Below, in pieces: positions 7,977 through 16,031 of a DNA stretch of 64,000 bases; within the stretch, counting starts at the first letter, position 1; every line of letters begins with the position of its first letter. The stretch is from a virus: the IMG/VR virus record IMGVR_UViG_3300050503_000029, one strand, 5' to 3'. The notes beneath the pieces were generated by a model. It searched no databases. It was given only the letters and a program-made list of their open reading frames with translations, and was not told where the DNA came from. The position numbers and the translations under genes are program-made.

Positions 7977-8262
7977 GGGCGACGAGACCGACGAGACGAC
8001 CAACAAGGGAACGGAGCCGGCACTCGAATACGGGTGGCGCGTCAGGTGGGGACGCACGATCGGCCAGCGCCAGCTCGCCAGTGGTGTGGTGCTCGCCTTC
8101 GAGCCGAACACGACCAAGGCGTCCCAGGCCTTCGATCGCAGGGCGAAGGAGTACCTCAAGGACATGGACGTGCGCAACGCATCTCCTGGCCGCGGGTACG
8201 TCGGAGACGTGCGTAGCGGGAAGTACGTGGAGATGGACTGGATCAGCAGGCCCAAGCCGTGA
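7948..8262 (+). CDS. hypothetical protein
   Basis: 104-aa track ORF. GTG start after GGAGGG. Overlaps the upstream gene by 29 nt. Confidence 0.5.
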   Translation: MRTQDVPLPEGDETDETTNKGTEPALEYGWRVRWGRTIGQRQLASGVVLAFEPNTTKASQAFDRRAKEYLKDMDVRNASPGRGYVGDVRSGKYVEMDWISRPKP

Positions 8263-8540
8263 AGCTGTACCGCGTAGATCCTGTGACAGGCGAGGCCATG
8301 GACGAGGTGTACTACCTCAAACAGCGGCTGGCCAAGGAGCCTGCCAACAAGGACGTGAGGGACCGCCTAAACGCCTTGAAGAGTCAGCGGCGTAGAAGCT
8401 ACTGGCTGACGCCGGTGTGTCCTACAAGCGCCCGTACAAGCGCTCGGACATCTCGTCGCTTGTGCTGGTCGCGTGCGTTCACGCGTACTCGTGGCGAGCG
8501 TATGAGGTCCTGTGCGAGACGTTCCCCGCGAAGGTCGTAG
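8259..8540 (+). CDS. hypothetical protein (3' end uncertain)
   Basis: GTGA coupling to the upstream gene. The N-terminal 50 aa look protein-like. The last 40 aa are R/S-rich and overlap the better-looking frame of 8417..8665. Confidence 0.35.
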   Translation: MKLYRVDPVTGEAMDEVYYLKQRLAKEPANKDVRDRLNALKSQRRRSYWLTPVCPTSARTSARTSRRLCWSRAFTRTRGERMRSCARRSPRRS

Positions 8541-8665
8541 AGGCCGCGTTCCTGCGGGACAACAACCGTGGGTATCTCAACTGTGGAACCTCCTTGGTCC
8601 GATGTTGGGTTGACCCGGACGGCGAACGGCTGATACGCTCCGAGCGTCAGAAAGTCATCTGTTAG
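8417..8665 (+). CDS. hypothetical protein
   Basis: 82-aa track ORF, GTG start, high GC3. Confidence 0.5.
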   Translation: MSYKRPYKRSDISSLVLVACVHAYSWRAYEVLCETFPAKVVEAAFLRDNNRGYLNCGTSLVRCWVDPDGERLIRSERQKVIC

Positions 8666-8679
8666 GGAGCGAGGAGCCC

Positions 8680-9018
8680 ATGCCGGCAGAGGGTGCACGT
8701 GAGAACCACGTGCCGTTCGTGGAAGAGCGTTGGACCTTGACGGTCACGTTCGACCTCATGGAGGACCAGGACAAGTCGGACCAGGGTGAGTACCGTGGCG
8801 TGGACGAGGCGTTCCGCTTCGCCCGCTACGCGGCCACTCTGTCGGGCGGTCTCTGGGAGGAGGTCCGCGAGATGATGAAGTGGCCCAAGGGGTCGCGCAC
8901 CGTGACCGTCACGTCGGACGTGCTGGACTACCTGTGCACGCTCCAGACCTGGGTCACGTACCACACCATCCCGCGTCAGATGAAGCTGGTCCGTAACGAC
9001 GGGAGCCGAGGAGTATGA
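8680..9018 (+). CDS. hypothetical protein
   Basis: 112-aa track ORF. SD GGGAGCGAGGAG upstream. Confidence 0.6.
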   Translation: MPAEGARENHVPFVEERWTLTVTFDLMEDQDKSDQGEYRGVDEAFRFARYAATLSGGLWEEVREMMKWPKGSRTVTVTSDVLDYLCTLQTWVTYHTIPRQMKLVRNDGSRGV

Positions 9019-9623
9019 CCGTTGCCCTGGACTTTGACGGGGTGATGCACGGTTACAGTCGTGGCTGGCAGGGCGGGGTCATCTACGACCCGCCCGTGCC
9101 GGGCACGGCTCAGGCTGTGCAGACCATCATGGACGCGGAAGCGACGTTCGTCCAGACCGCGCGGGAGAACCTCCACGACGTGGTCGAGTGGATCGAGCGG
9201 GAGCTGGGTATCCCGGCCATCGCTGACTCGCCGGTAACCGCGCGTACGTTCTGGAACGACCGCGGCATCCTCCTCGTCACCAACAAGAAGTACCCGGCTC
9301 GTGCCTACCTGGACGACCGCGCGGTGTACTTCGGTTCTGGTGGATGGGCCCAGGCTCTGGCAGACCTGGACCTGGACATCGCCGAGACTGTCCACATGTA
9401 CATCGTGACGGTGTCCATCGCGGGCATCCCGGGACACGACCCGCTGAACAAGATCACGGGTGAGTGCCAAGTGGCCGGGCAGTACTGCACGGACCGCACG
9501 GGCAAGCACCACACCTTCCTCGTGAAGTCGACCAAGAGCCTGGCCCAGGTTCGTGACCACTGCCGTGAGCAGTACGGCCACGTGACGCGCGTGGAGACGG
9601 TCGGCGAGATTCCCACCGTGTGA
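9015..9623 (+). CDS. HAD-superfamily phosphatase / 5'-nucleotidase-like protein
   Basis: N-terminal HAD motif I (ALDFDGVMHGY). ATGA coupling to the upstream gene. 202 aa with an extra C-terminal domain. Confidence 0.6.
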   Translation: MTVALDFDGVMHGYSRGWQGGVIYDPPVPGTAQAVQTIMDAEATFVQTARENLHDVVEWIERELGIPAIADSPVTARTFWNDRGILLVTNKKYPARAYLDDRAVYFGSGGWAQALADLDLDIAETVHMYIVTVSIAGIPGHDPLNKITGECQVAGQYCTDRTGKHHTFLVKSTKSLAQVRDHCREQYGHVTRVETVGEIPTV

Positions 9624-9649
9624 GCAGTGGGTGTAATGGTCATCCTGAA

Positions 9650-9679
9650 TTGACCGGGAGGCAGCTTGGGCGATAGCGT
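9650..9679 (+). promoter_or_regulatory. promoter-like TTGACC-N18-TAGCGT
   Basis: -35 at 9650..9655, -10 at 9674..9679, in the 96-bp gap upstream of the NlpC/P60 gene. Confidence 0.4.
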
Positions 9680-9719
9680 GTAACGGTCGGGTAACAGCTC
9701 GGCCGAAGCCTACGTTGGG

Positions 9720-10187
9720 ATGGACATGAAGACCAGAGCTGGAATCGTCGTCACGGGCGCTCTTGCCGCCCTTCTCGTCTCGCCGGCAGTAGAGGCGCAC
9801 GCCGCGCCGTCCCTCGCTCAGAGGGCCCTTTCTGTCGCCGCAGCACAGAAGGGAGACCCGTACAAGTGGGGGGCCACCGGGCCCGATCGTTTCGACTGCT
9901 CGGGCCTGACCTACTACTCGTACCGCAAGAGCGGGAAGACTTTGCCCCGTACGGCCCAGGCTCAGTACAACAAGTCCAAACACGTGGCGCCGGCGAACCG
10001 ACGTGTCGGGGACCTCGTGTTCATCGGCACGTCCTCGTCCAACATCTACCACGTCGGCATCTACGCCGGGTTCTCCAACGGGTACGGCTGGTTCTGGGAC
10101 TCTCCCAAGCCGGGCCGTACCGTCGGCAAGCACCGGATCAAGGACTACACCGCGGGTTCCCCGCGTGCGTATTACGGGAGGTTCTGA
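9720..10187 (+). CDS. secreted NlpC/P60 cell-wall endopeptidase
   Basis: Signal peptide (MDMKTRAGIVVTGALAALLVSPAVEAHA). Catalytic core GDPYKWGATGPDRFDCSGLTYYSY ... HVGIYAG. Confidence 0.85.
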   Translation: MDMKTRAGIVVTGALAALLVSPAVEAHAAPSLAQRALSVAAAQKGDPYKWGATGPDRFDCSGLTYYSYRKSGKTLPRTAQAQYNKSKHVAPANRRVGDLVFIGTSSSNIYHVGIYAGFSNGYGWFWDSPKPGRTVGKHRIKDYTAGSPRAYYGRF

Positions 10188-10439
10188 GTGAGCGGATGGA
10201 CGATCGCCTGGCTGGTCTGGCTGGGCGCGTTCGTGGCCATCGAGGGTCCGGCTCTGTTCAACAAGAAGCCGGACGACACGCTGTCCGAGCACGTCTGGAG
10301 ATGGTTCGCCACCAGGCGTGAGGACATGAGGAACGACCAGGGCAAGGCCAGCGCGTGGGTGAAGATCCGCCGCGTCGTGCTCGTCTCGTTCCTCGCCTGG
10401 CTGTCCCTGCACTTCGCCACAGGTGGCGAGTACGTGTAG
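10188..10439 (+). CDS. small membrane protein (2 TM)
   Basis: 83-aa track ORF. GTG start abuts the upstream stop. Hydrophobic segments WTIAWLVWLGAFVAI and VVLVSFLAWLSLHF. Confidence 0.6.
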   Translation: MSGWTIAWLVWLGAFVAIEGPALFNKKPDDTLSEHVWRWFATRREDMRNDQGKASAWVKIRRVVLVSFLAWLSLHFATGGEYV

Positions 10440-10469
10440 GAGAGGGGGCAGCCAGATGCGCCAGGTCCT

Positions 10470-10490
10470 CCACCCCGTCCTCTGGGGTGG
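10470..10490 (+). terminator. short stem-loop CCACCCC-N7-GGGGTGG
   Basis: 7-bp perfect arms 30 nt after the stop of 10188..10439. Confidence 0.35.
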
Positions 10491-10574
10491 GGGACTTTGG
10501 CGTGGATAGACCCGGGAGAGCGCTTGCTTTCGAGCGTCGATGGGTGTGGATCGTAACGGGGTAAGGGTGGTGAT

Positions 10575-10778
10575 ATGACACGAGGTGAGCCCTGCGGCGA
10601 CAAGCAAGGGCACGACACCAAGGAGCAGGCAAAGGCCCATCGGAACAATCTTATCCGCAGGGGCAATTCCTTACTGGAGGTTTACAAATGCCCGTGGTGT
10701 GATAAGTGGCATGTAGGCCATAGGCCGAAAGGGAAATCCTGGGGCCGGTCTACTAAGCGCCGAAGAGGGCGTGGCTAA
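10575..10778 (+). CDS. small basic Cys protein (CPWCDKWH)
   Basis: 67-aa track ORF. SD GGTAAGGGTGG upstream. C-terminal motif YKCPWCDKWHVGH resembles ACGCWHLTS of 7749..7976. Confidence 0.55.
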   Translation: MTRGEPCGDKQGHDTKEQAKAHRNNLIRRGNSLLEVYKCPWCDKWHVGHRPKGKSWGRSTKRRRGRG

Positions 10779-10794
10779 TAGAATCGGGCGTGGG

Positions 10795-10824
10795 TTGACA
10801 CGACTCGTGTCCGGTCGATAGTGT
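10795..10824 (+). promoter_or_regulatory. promoter TTGACA-N18-TAGTGT (same template as the right-arm cassette promoters)
   Basis: -35 at 10795..10800, -10 at 10819..10824. The downstream CTGTCCTGTCGGAGAG resembles TCTTCTTGTCAGCAAG of the cassette promoters. Confidence 0.6.
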
Positions 10825-10882
10825 CTGTCCTGTCGGAGAGAGCGTGTCGAACTTCGCGGTGATCGCGCTCCCGCCGAATAGT

Positions 10883-10918
10883 AGGGGCCCCGGGTAAACC
10901 CCCCCGCTCGGGGCCCCT
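10883..10918 (+). promoter_or_regulatory. strong leader hairpin (AGGGGCCCCG-N16-CGGGGCCCCT)
   Basis: 10-bp G/C stem lying between the promoter at 10795 and ATG 10956. Candidate attenuator, or the 3' end of a roughly 90-nt RNA. Confidence 0.45.
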
Positions 10919-10955
10919 CACTAACAAGGGGGGTACAGTGAGGGCAAGGAGCAGT

Positions 10956-11447
10956 ATGAGGGACGACGACCGGATCGGTTTCCGTGAGGGCGCGAAGTGG
11001 TACGCGAAGGGATGGGGCATCGCCCTCCTGACGCTCGCCACACTCCTCGTGTTCGGCACCATCACGACCTTCGCCACGGGCCAGCTCCAGAAGTGGACGG
11101 CTGACTTCCGCGGCGGCGTGAAGGCGAAGGAGCAGACCACGGGGAACGGCGCGTTCCGCGTCAACACCTACAACCACTTCTTCAACCTGTGCGCCTCGGT
11201 GCAGTCCACCGAGGACGCCATCAAGAACGCCCGGGACGAGATGGCGGACAAGGAGACGACGGCCGAGCGCAAGGCCAAGCTCCGGCAGAACATCACCGCC
11301 CTGAACAACTCCCGGGCCGAGGACATCCGCACGTACAACGCGGACAGCGCCAACGAGTACAAGGGCGCGTTCCAGTCCAACGACCTCCCGTTCACCCTGA
11401 ACGTGGCGGCCGAGCGCACAGAGTGCGCGTACAAGACCGCCGGCTGA
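10956..11447 (+). CDS. membrane-anchored protein
   Basis: ATG 10956 lies 5 nt after AAGGAG (the track ORF starts at GTG 10938). N-terminal TM GIALLTLATLLVFGTITTFA, then a helical soluble domain. Confidence 0.6.
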   Translation: MRDDDRIGFREGAKWYAKGWGIALLTLATLLVFGTITTFATGQLQKWTADFRGGVKAKEQTTGNGAFRVNTYNHFFNLCASVQSTEDAIKNARDEMADKETTAERKAKLRQNITALNNSRAEDIRTYNADSANEYKGAFQSNDLPFTLNVAAERTECAYKTAG

Positions 11448-11464
11448 CCTAGCCGGTAGTGGTA

Positions 11465-11499
11465 CCCAGCCCGACACTCGGCGGAGTGTCGGGCTTGGG
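11465..11499 (+). terminator. intrinsic-terminator-like hairpin
   Basis: CCCAGCCCGACACTC-GGCG-GAGTGTCGGGCTTGGG, directly after the stop at 11447. Confidence 0.6.
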
Positions 11500-11523
11500 G
11501 ACGTAGAAGAGAGGAGGATCCAA

Positions 11524-11640
11524 GTGCCGACGGATCCGATGGAAGTCCCGACCGAGGACAACGAGGACAGCCCGTGTATCGGGGCTGAGCCCACGCCCGA
11601 GATCATCGTGGTGCAGGGCAGCACGGACGACGACGCGTGA
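11524..11640 (+). CDS. 38-aa acidic mini-ORF
   Basis: GTG lies 5 nt after GAGAGGAGGA. High GC3 (VPTDPMEVPTEDNEDSPCIGAEPTPEIIVVQGSTDDDA). Its stop overlaps the next start (GTGA). Below the ORF-track size cut-off. Confidence 0.35.
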   Translation: MPTDPMEVPTEDNEDSPCIGAEPTPEIIVVQGSTDDDA

Positions 11641-11726
11641 CCGGCCGCTGTCCTACCTGTAAGAAGACGTTCGAGGACTGCACCTGCACGGGTGTGATCC
11701 GCTGGGTGAGGGGGTTGTTCCGGTGA
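11637..11726 (+). CDS. 29-aa Cys-rich mini-ORF (CPTC...CTC)
   Basis: VTGRCPTCKKTFEDCTCTGVIRWVRGLFR. GTGA overlaps at both ends link it to the 38-aa ORF and to thyX. Confidence 0.35.
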   Translation: MTGRCPTCKKTFEDCTCTGVIRWVRGLFR

Positions 11727-12490
11727 CTACTCCTGACCTCGCGGTAGACCAGGACGTCTCTGTCCGTCTCGTCCACGAGGACGCCGCCGACCTGCACGTG
11801 GTGCACGCCGCGCGAGTATCTACACTGGGCGAGGAGGTGATGGAGGAACTGGAGAGCCTGGGCCTGATCACGCCGGAGCAGTGGCGAACCCAGGAGATGA
11901 CCAAGCGGGATGAGGGCCTGATCAACTTCCTCACCCGTGAGCGTCATGGCTCGCCGTTCGAGCACAACTCCATGACGTTCTTCATCCAGGCCCCGATCTT
12001 CGTGTTCCGGGAGTTCCACCGGCACAGGGTCGGCTGGTCGTACAACGAGGAGTCGGGCCGGTACAAGGAGCTGGCTCCTCACCTGTACATGCCGCCGGCG
12101 TATCGCCCTCTCCAGCAGGTCGGCAAGGCCGGGGCCTATGAGTACGTCGCCGGCACGGCCGAGCAGTACGAGGTCATGACGGAAGAACTCATGGCCGTGT
12201 ACGAGCGGTGTTGGGTGGGATACCAGCGCATGTTGGGTGTGGGTATCTGTCGAGAGGTGGCTAGACTTTCGCTGCCCGTTGGTGTATTCTCTTCGATGTA
12301 CGCCACGTGCAACGCCCGGTCGCTCATGCACTTCCTGAGCCTCCGCACGAAGGACGAGCGTGCGAGGATCAAGTCCGGACCCCAGTGGGAGATCGACAAG
12401 CTGGTGGCCCGGCAGATGGAGAACGCCTTCGCCCGGCTCATGCCGGCGACCTACAAGGCGTTCAACGACAACGGGCGCGTAGCGCCCTAA
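11723..12490 (+). CDS. thyX: FAD-dependent thymidylate synthase
   Basis: ThyX signature FREFHRHRVGWSYNEESGRY (RHR...S...S.RY). 255 aa. Confidence 0.9.
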   Translation: MTTPDLAVDQDVSVRLVHEDAADLHVVHAARVSTLGEEVMEELESLGLITPEQWRTQEMTKRDEGLINFLTRERHGSPFEHNSMTFFIQAPIFVFREFHRHRVGWSYNEESGRYKELAPHLYMPPAYRPLQQVGKAGAYEYVAGTAEQYEVMTEELMAVYERCWVGYQRMLGVGICREVARLSLPVGVFSSMYATCNARSLMHFLSLRTKDERARIKSGPQWEIDKLVARQMENAFARLMPATYKAFNDNGRVAP

Positions 12491-12494
12491 CTGA

Positions 12495-13100
12495 GTGAGG
12501 ACTCCAACAGTGAAGATGGACCGTAAGAAGCTGATCCGCGGTGTGCTCATCCCGGCCGTGGGCGTGATCGTCCTGGCGACGACCGCCGGCGCGTGTGACG
12601 ACGAGAAGGACAACTCCAGCCGCGGCAAGGAGAAGGCCTCGGCCCAGTCCAACTACGACCGCCTCGTCGCCAACCAGCCGGCGCACACGGGCGACTACTC
12701 GCCGACCCGGGAGACCAAGAACTTCTGGATCGACACCTGGATGAAGAAGCCGGGGAAGCTCTCCTACGTCTACATCCAGAACGCCCAGGGCCAGTACGGG
12801 TACTACATCCTCAAGGGCCTCCCGGTCACCTACTGCGTGGGCCTGCTCCCGCCGGAGGTCAAGACCCGCGGCGACCTCGGCCAGTACGACGGCGACCTGA
12901 TCGTCCAGGGCCCGTCGATGGACGGCACGTACTCGTCGTCCTCCAACTGCAACACCATGTACGGGAAGGACGCCGAGACCGGCGCCTACCTGGAGTGGAC
13001 CGTCGGCATGAACCAGTCGTACTTCCTGTACGACCAGCCGATGGACCTGCCGCAGTACAAGAACGCCACGCCCCTGGGTGAGGCCAAGCTCAAGAACTGA
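12495..13100 (+). CDS. putative lipoprotein / exported protein
   Basis: Signal sequence MDRKKLIRGVLIPAVGVIVLATTAGAC with a Cys in lipobox position. Start may be GTG 12495 or ATG 12516. Confidence 0.6.
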   Translation: MRTPTVKMDRKKLIRGVLIPAVGVIVLATTAGACDDEKDNSSRGKEKASAQSNYDRLVANQPAHTGDYSPTRETKNFWIDTWMKKPGKLSYVYIQNAQGQYGYYILKGLPVTYCVGLLPPEVKTRGDLGQYDGDLIVQGPSMDGTYSSSSNCNTMYGKDAETGAYLEWTVGMNQSYFLYDQPMDLPQYKNATPLGEAKLKN

Positions 13101-13140
13101 CCCGAGGCCAGAAGGTCGCGGGCACAACCGAACCGATCAC

Positions 13141-13170
13141 AGGGCGGGGCTCCTTCCGGGGCCTCGCCCT
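13141..13170 (+). terminator. imperfect G/C hairpin
   Basis: AGGGCGGGGCTCC-TTCC-GGGGCCTCGCCCT followed by TTCGGG, 40 nt after the stop at 13100. Confidence 0.35.
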
Positions 13171-13194
13171 TCGGGCATGGAAGGAACCACAGTC

Positions 13195-13374
13195 ATGAAG
13201 TCTTACAAGGTAGTCGAGAAGCGTGGGGCCAACCATGGACTCCACCTCGTGCTCACCATCCTGACCGGTGGCCTTTGGGCCTTGACAGGGTGGCCCATCG
13301 CTGCGATGATGGGACGCAAGACAAAGACCCGCGTGCCTGTCGCGCTGGCCAACCAGGACATGACCGCCCGCTGA
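13195..13374 (+). CDS. small membrane protein
   Basis: ATG 13195 after GGAAGGAACC. 59 aa with TM LHLVLTILTGGLWALTGWPIAAMMG. Confidence 0.5.
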   Translation: MKSYKVVEKRGANHGLHLVLTILTGGLWALTGWPIAAMMGRKTKTRVPVALANQDMTAR

Positions 13375-13383
13375 GGGCAGAGA

Positions 13384-14127
13384 GTGAGGACCACAATGAT
13401 CCACGTTCGTACCTTCGCACTGGCCGGAGCCATAGCCGTGATAGCCACCGCGGTCTCGGTCGTCTCGCCGACGGCTGGTGTGGAGAGCACCACACCTGCC
13501 GCGTCGGTGTCGCCGTTCCCGACGAGTGGCACTGTGCCCGTCGTGACGGAAAGCGCTGTGCGCTCCTCTGGCGAGATCAACAAGAGTGCGCAGCACGAGA
13601 CACGCAACAGCAGTGCAAACGCTCCGTACGGCGACGCTGAGAGCGTTAGGAAGGAAGCACGCATCATCGCTGCGAACGCTGCGCGCTTGCAGTCGCCGAA
13701 CGTGCCCACCCCGAAGTGGACACTCATCAAGCCGTCGCCGTTCCCCAAGCTGACCCCGAGCCCGAGGGTGACCCCGCCCAAGCCGCCGGCCCCCAAGCCG
13801 CCCATCGTCTTCAAGCGGTACGACTTCTGCGGGTGGAAGGTGAGCCAGGCCCAGCGGTGCATCGACCAGGGGAAGCTGGTGCGGTACAAGCCGTCCGGCG
13901 TCAACACCCTGGCCGGCCACAACTACAAGGGGTGGTACTGGATCGATGACATCCCCACGGGGCGGAAGGTCGTCATCAAGTCCGGCCAGCTCAAGGGCAC
14001 GTACAAGGTGTACGGCCACGCCAAGGTCTACGACAAGAAGTTCCCCAAGTCGGGCCTGGGTGCGGACGTGGCGCTCCAGACGTGCGAGGGTTCGGGCATC
14101 GGCTTTTCGTTCTTGCGCCGGATCTAG
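13384..14127 (+). CDS. secreted protein with sortase-like C-terminal domain
   Basis: Signal peptide, then a Pro-rich linker (PSPFPKLTPSPRVTPPKPPAPKPP). C-terminal His/Cys/Arg pattern: LAGHNY ... TYKVYGHAKV ... ALQTCEGSG ... FLRRI. Function assigned by pattern only. Confidence 0.55.
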   Translation: MRTTMIHVRTFALAGAIAVIATAVSVVSPTAGVESTTPAASVSPFPTSGTVPVVTESAVRSSGEINKSAQHETRNSSANAPYGDAESVRKEARIIAANAARLQSPNVPTPKWTLIKPSPFPKLTPSPRVTPPKPPAPKPPIVFKRYDFCGWKVSQAQRCIDQGKLVRYKPSGVNTLAGHNYKGWYWIDDIPTGRKVVIKSGQLKGTYKVYGHAKVYDKKFPKSGLGADVALQTCEGSGIGFSFLRRI

Positions 14128-14142
14128 TGCGGCATGTAGTGT
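14113..14142 (+). promoter_or_regulatory. promoter-like TTGCGC-N18-TAGTGT
   Basis: -35 at 14113..14118 (inside the end of the upstream gene), -10 at 14137..14142. Confidence 0.4.
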
Positions 14143-14177
14143 CGTAGTGACGGAATCGAGTGGAAGGAACCGAGGGA

Positions 14178-14990
14178 ATGTCAAGGCTTCTGCGATGTAA
14201 CCGATGTGGGCAAGAGAAGGAAACGCCCATGCCGGTACCCAACCTCCTGGGCTTCACGGCTCCCGTGAAGGCCGAGGGCTGGGCCGTGATGACGCTGGGC
14301 CCCGGCCCGCTCCCCGCGCGCTACGACCTGTGCGAGGACTGTGCCGAGGTCCTGGTCGAACAGTTCATGGTGGGTGCGAACGTGCACGCCATCACCCAGC
14401 CGCCCGGCATGAACGTCCTCCCCCACGACAACGTGCCGTACCAGGACTGCCTCCTCGCGTTCGACCCGGACGCCGGCAAGTTCATCTGTGAGCACGACGA
14501 CCCGGAGCGGTTCCGGAAGTTGTGCACGGACCGCGCCCAGAACGTGGCGGAGGGCGTGCCGGAGCAGGTCGTTCCCGGCATCCCCGAGTGGGCCGAGAAG
14601 AAGCGCGGCGATGAGCTGGTCTCGTGCCCGGTGCTCCAGGGCGGATGCGGCGGTCGCCTGCCGGCTCGCCACCTGGAGCAGCACATGAGCGAGGTCCACG
14701 GCATCAAGCCGCTCCGGGAGAGGGCCGCCGAGCTGGTGGCCGACGTGCACACCTCGGGCTGGGCTCACAGCATCGTCCAGCGGTGCGGCGACGCGTGCTC
14801 GGAACAGCACACCTACACCAGCGGCTGCCTGCTGGATGGTGTGGTGCAGCCGGCTGATGGCCGGTGCCGGTACTGCCAGTGCACCGCGCACAACGGCCTG
14901 GCCTGCTCCTCGACCGGGTGCTCCTGCCAGGTGAGCACGCAGGGCGAGAACCTGACCGAGGCCTATTCGGAGCAGGAGGCGGCAGAGTGA
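14178..14990 (+). CDS. Cys/His-rich hypothetical protein
   Basis: ATG 14178 after GGAAGGAACCGAGGGA. 270 aa with several CxxC pairs (CNRC, CEDC, CRYCQC). Confidence 0.65.
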   Translation: MSRLLRCNRCGQEKETPMPVPNLLGFTAPVKAEGWAVMTLGPGPLPARYDLCEDCAEVLVEQFMVGANVHAITQPPGMNVLPHDNVPYQDCLLAFDPDAGKFICEHDDPERFRKLCTDRAQNVAEGVPEQVVPGIPEWAEKKRGDELVSCPVLQGGCGGRLPARHLEQHMSEVHGIKPLRERAAELVADVHTSGWAHSIVQRCGDACSEQHTYTSGCLLDGVVQPADGRCRYCQCTAHNGLACSSTGCSCQVSTQGENLTEAYSEQEAAE

Positions 14991-15526
14991 TGGAAGGTGC
15001 CGGACCGTTCTCGATGATGGCCGTGTCGGCCCTGGAGAACCACGTCAAGACTCTCCAGGTCGGCAGCAAGAAGTACGCGGCCGTGAGGCTGGAAGGCGGG
15101 GAGGGCTGGTACGGTGGGTGCAACATTACCACCGCCATGATCTTCTGCCTCGGCATCCTCGGGTACGACAAGGACCAGAAGCTCATCCTCCGCGACATGA
15201 TGGGCGGCGGCGACGAGGTACTGCCTGGTGACTGGATCGTCATGCTGTCCCGTACGTGCTTCCGGATCATGCGTGAGTCGGACAGTGAGTCTCTGTTCTC
15301 GCTCATGCCTGACGTGCCCCGTAGCACGCCCGACGAACGCCTCTCGCGCATCGCTCAGGCGCACAAGAAGGACGTAGACGAACAGGGCGGTACGCACGGC
15401 CTGTGCGTCGAGTGCTACCAGCCGTGGGGCGAGAAGGGCTGTCCGACGTACCGCTGGGCGACCGAGGACCTGGACGTGCTCGGTACGTGGGACCCCGACG
15501 ACAACGAGGTGGAAGATGAGACCTGA
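14990..15526 (+). CDS. hypothetical protein
   Basis: ATG 14990 overlaps the stop TGA 14988..14990. MEGAGPFSMMAVSALENH... lies inside track ORF 14864..15526. Confidence 0.6.
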   Translation: MEGAGPFSMMAVSALENHVKTLQVGSKKYAAVRLEGGEGWYGGCNITTAMIFCLGILGYDKDQKLILRDMMGGGDEVLPGDWIVMLSRTCFRIMRESDSESLFSLMPDVPRSTPDERLSRIAQAHKKDVDEQGGTHGLCVECYQPWGEKGCPTYRWATEDLDVLGTWDPDDNEVEDET

Positions 15527-16031
15527 GGACTTCCAGACCCAGAGGCTCCAGCTCCAGTGGAAGGACTTCGCCACCCGCATGATGGTGGACGCCGGTCTCT
15601 TCCTGGAGCCGGAGATCATGATCCGTCAGGATGACGCCATGTCGTTCATGATGGACCAGATCATGATCGGCTTCCGGGCCAAGATCCTGACCGACGACCT
15701 GCCGCCGGAGAGCGTCACCAACTCGACCGAGGTCGTGTTCCACGAGCCGGCATCCACGTGGCAGATGTGGAAGCGCAACAACCAGGGGAAGTGGTACACC
15801 AAGGGCTGGCTGCCGTGGCTTCTGGCACGGCGACCGGTGAAAACCCGCGAGGTCAAGAAGCTGGCCCACTGCACCATCAGCCTGGAGCGGCTCCGCTCGT
15901 ACCCCGAGGCGCAGTACCGAGCCTCTGACTTCCGCCTCGGGCGGGCCGTGCTCATGCACCATGTGGGCTCCCCCGTCTGGGACATCGAACACCTCACCGG
16001 GTACGAGCCGAAGCCGGAGAGTGGCGAGTGA
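15516..16031 (+). CDS. hypothetical protein
   Basis: 171-aa track ORF with an 11-nt overlap with the upstream gene. Confidence 0.6.
   Translation: MRPEDFQTQRLQLQWKDFATRMMVDAGLFLEPEIMIRQDDAMSFMMDQIMIGFRAKILTDDLPPESVTNSTEVVFHEPASTWQMWKRNNQGKWYTKGWLPWLLARRPVKTREVKKLAHCTISLERLRSYPEAQYRASDFRLGRAVLMHHVGSPVWDIEHLTGYEPKPESGE

Noticed and set aside
8259-8665. Programmed -1 frameshift joining ORF 8259..8540 to ORF 8417..8665
   Set aside because: The -1 frame has a TAG at 8393..8395, leaving only about 20 nt of possible overlap (8396-8417). That stretch contains no X XXY YYZ slippery heptamer. The two are reported as overlapping genes with an uncertain 3' end for the first.
8976-10640. 554-aa reverse ORF across the HAD, NlpC/P60 and membrane-protein genes
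   Set aside because: It is antisense to three forward genes that have clear motifs, signal peptides and coupling. The composition is that of a shadow frame.
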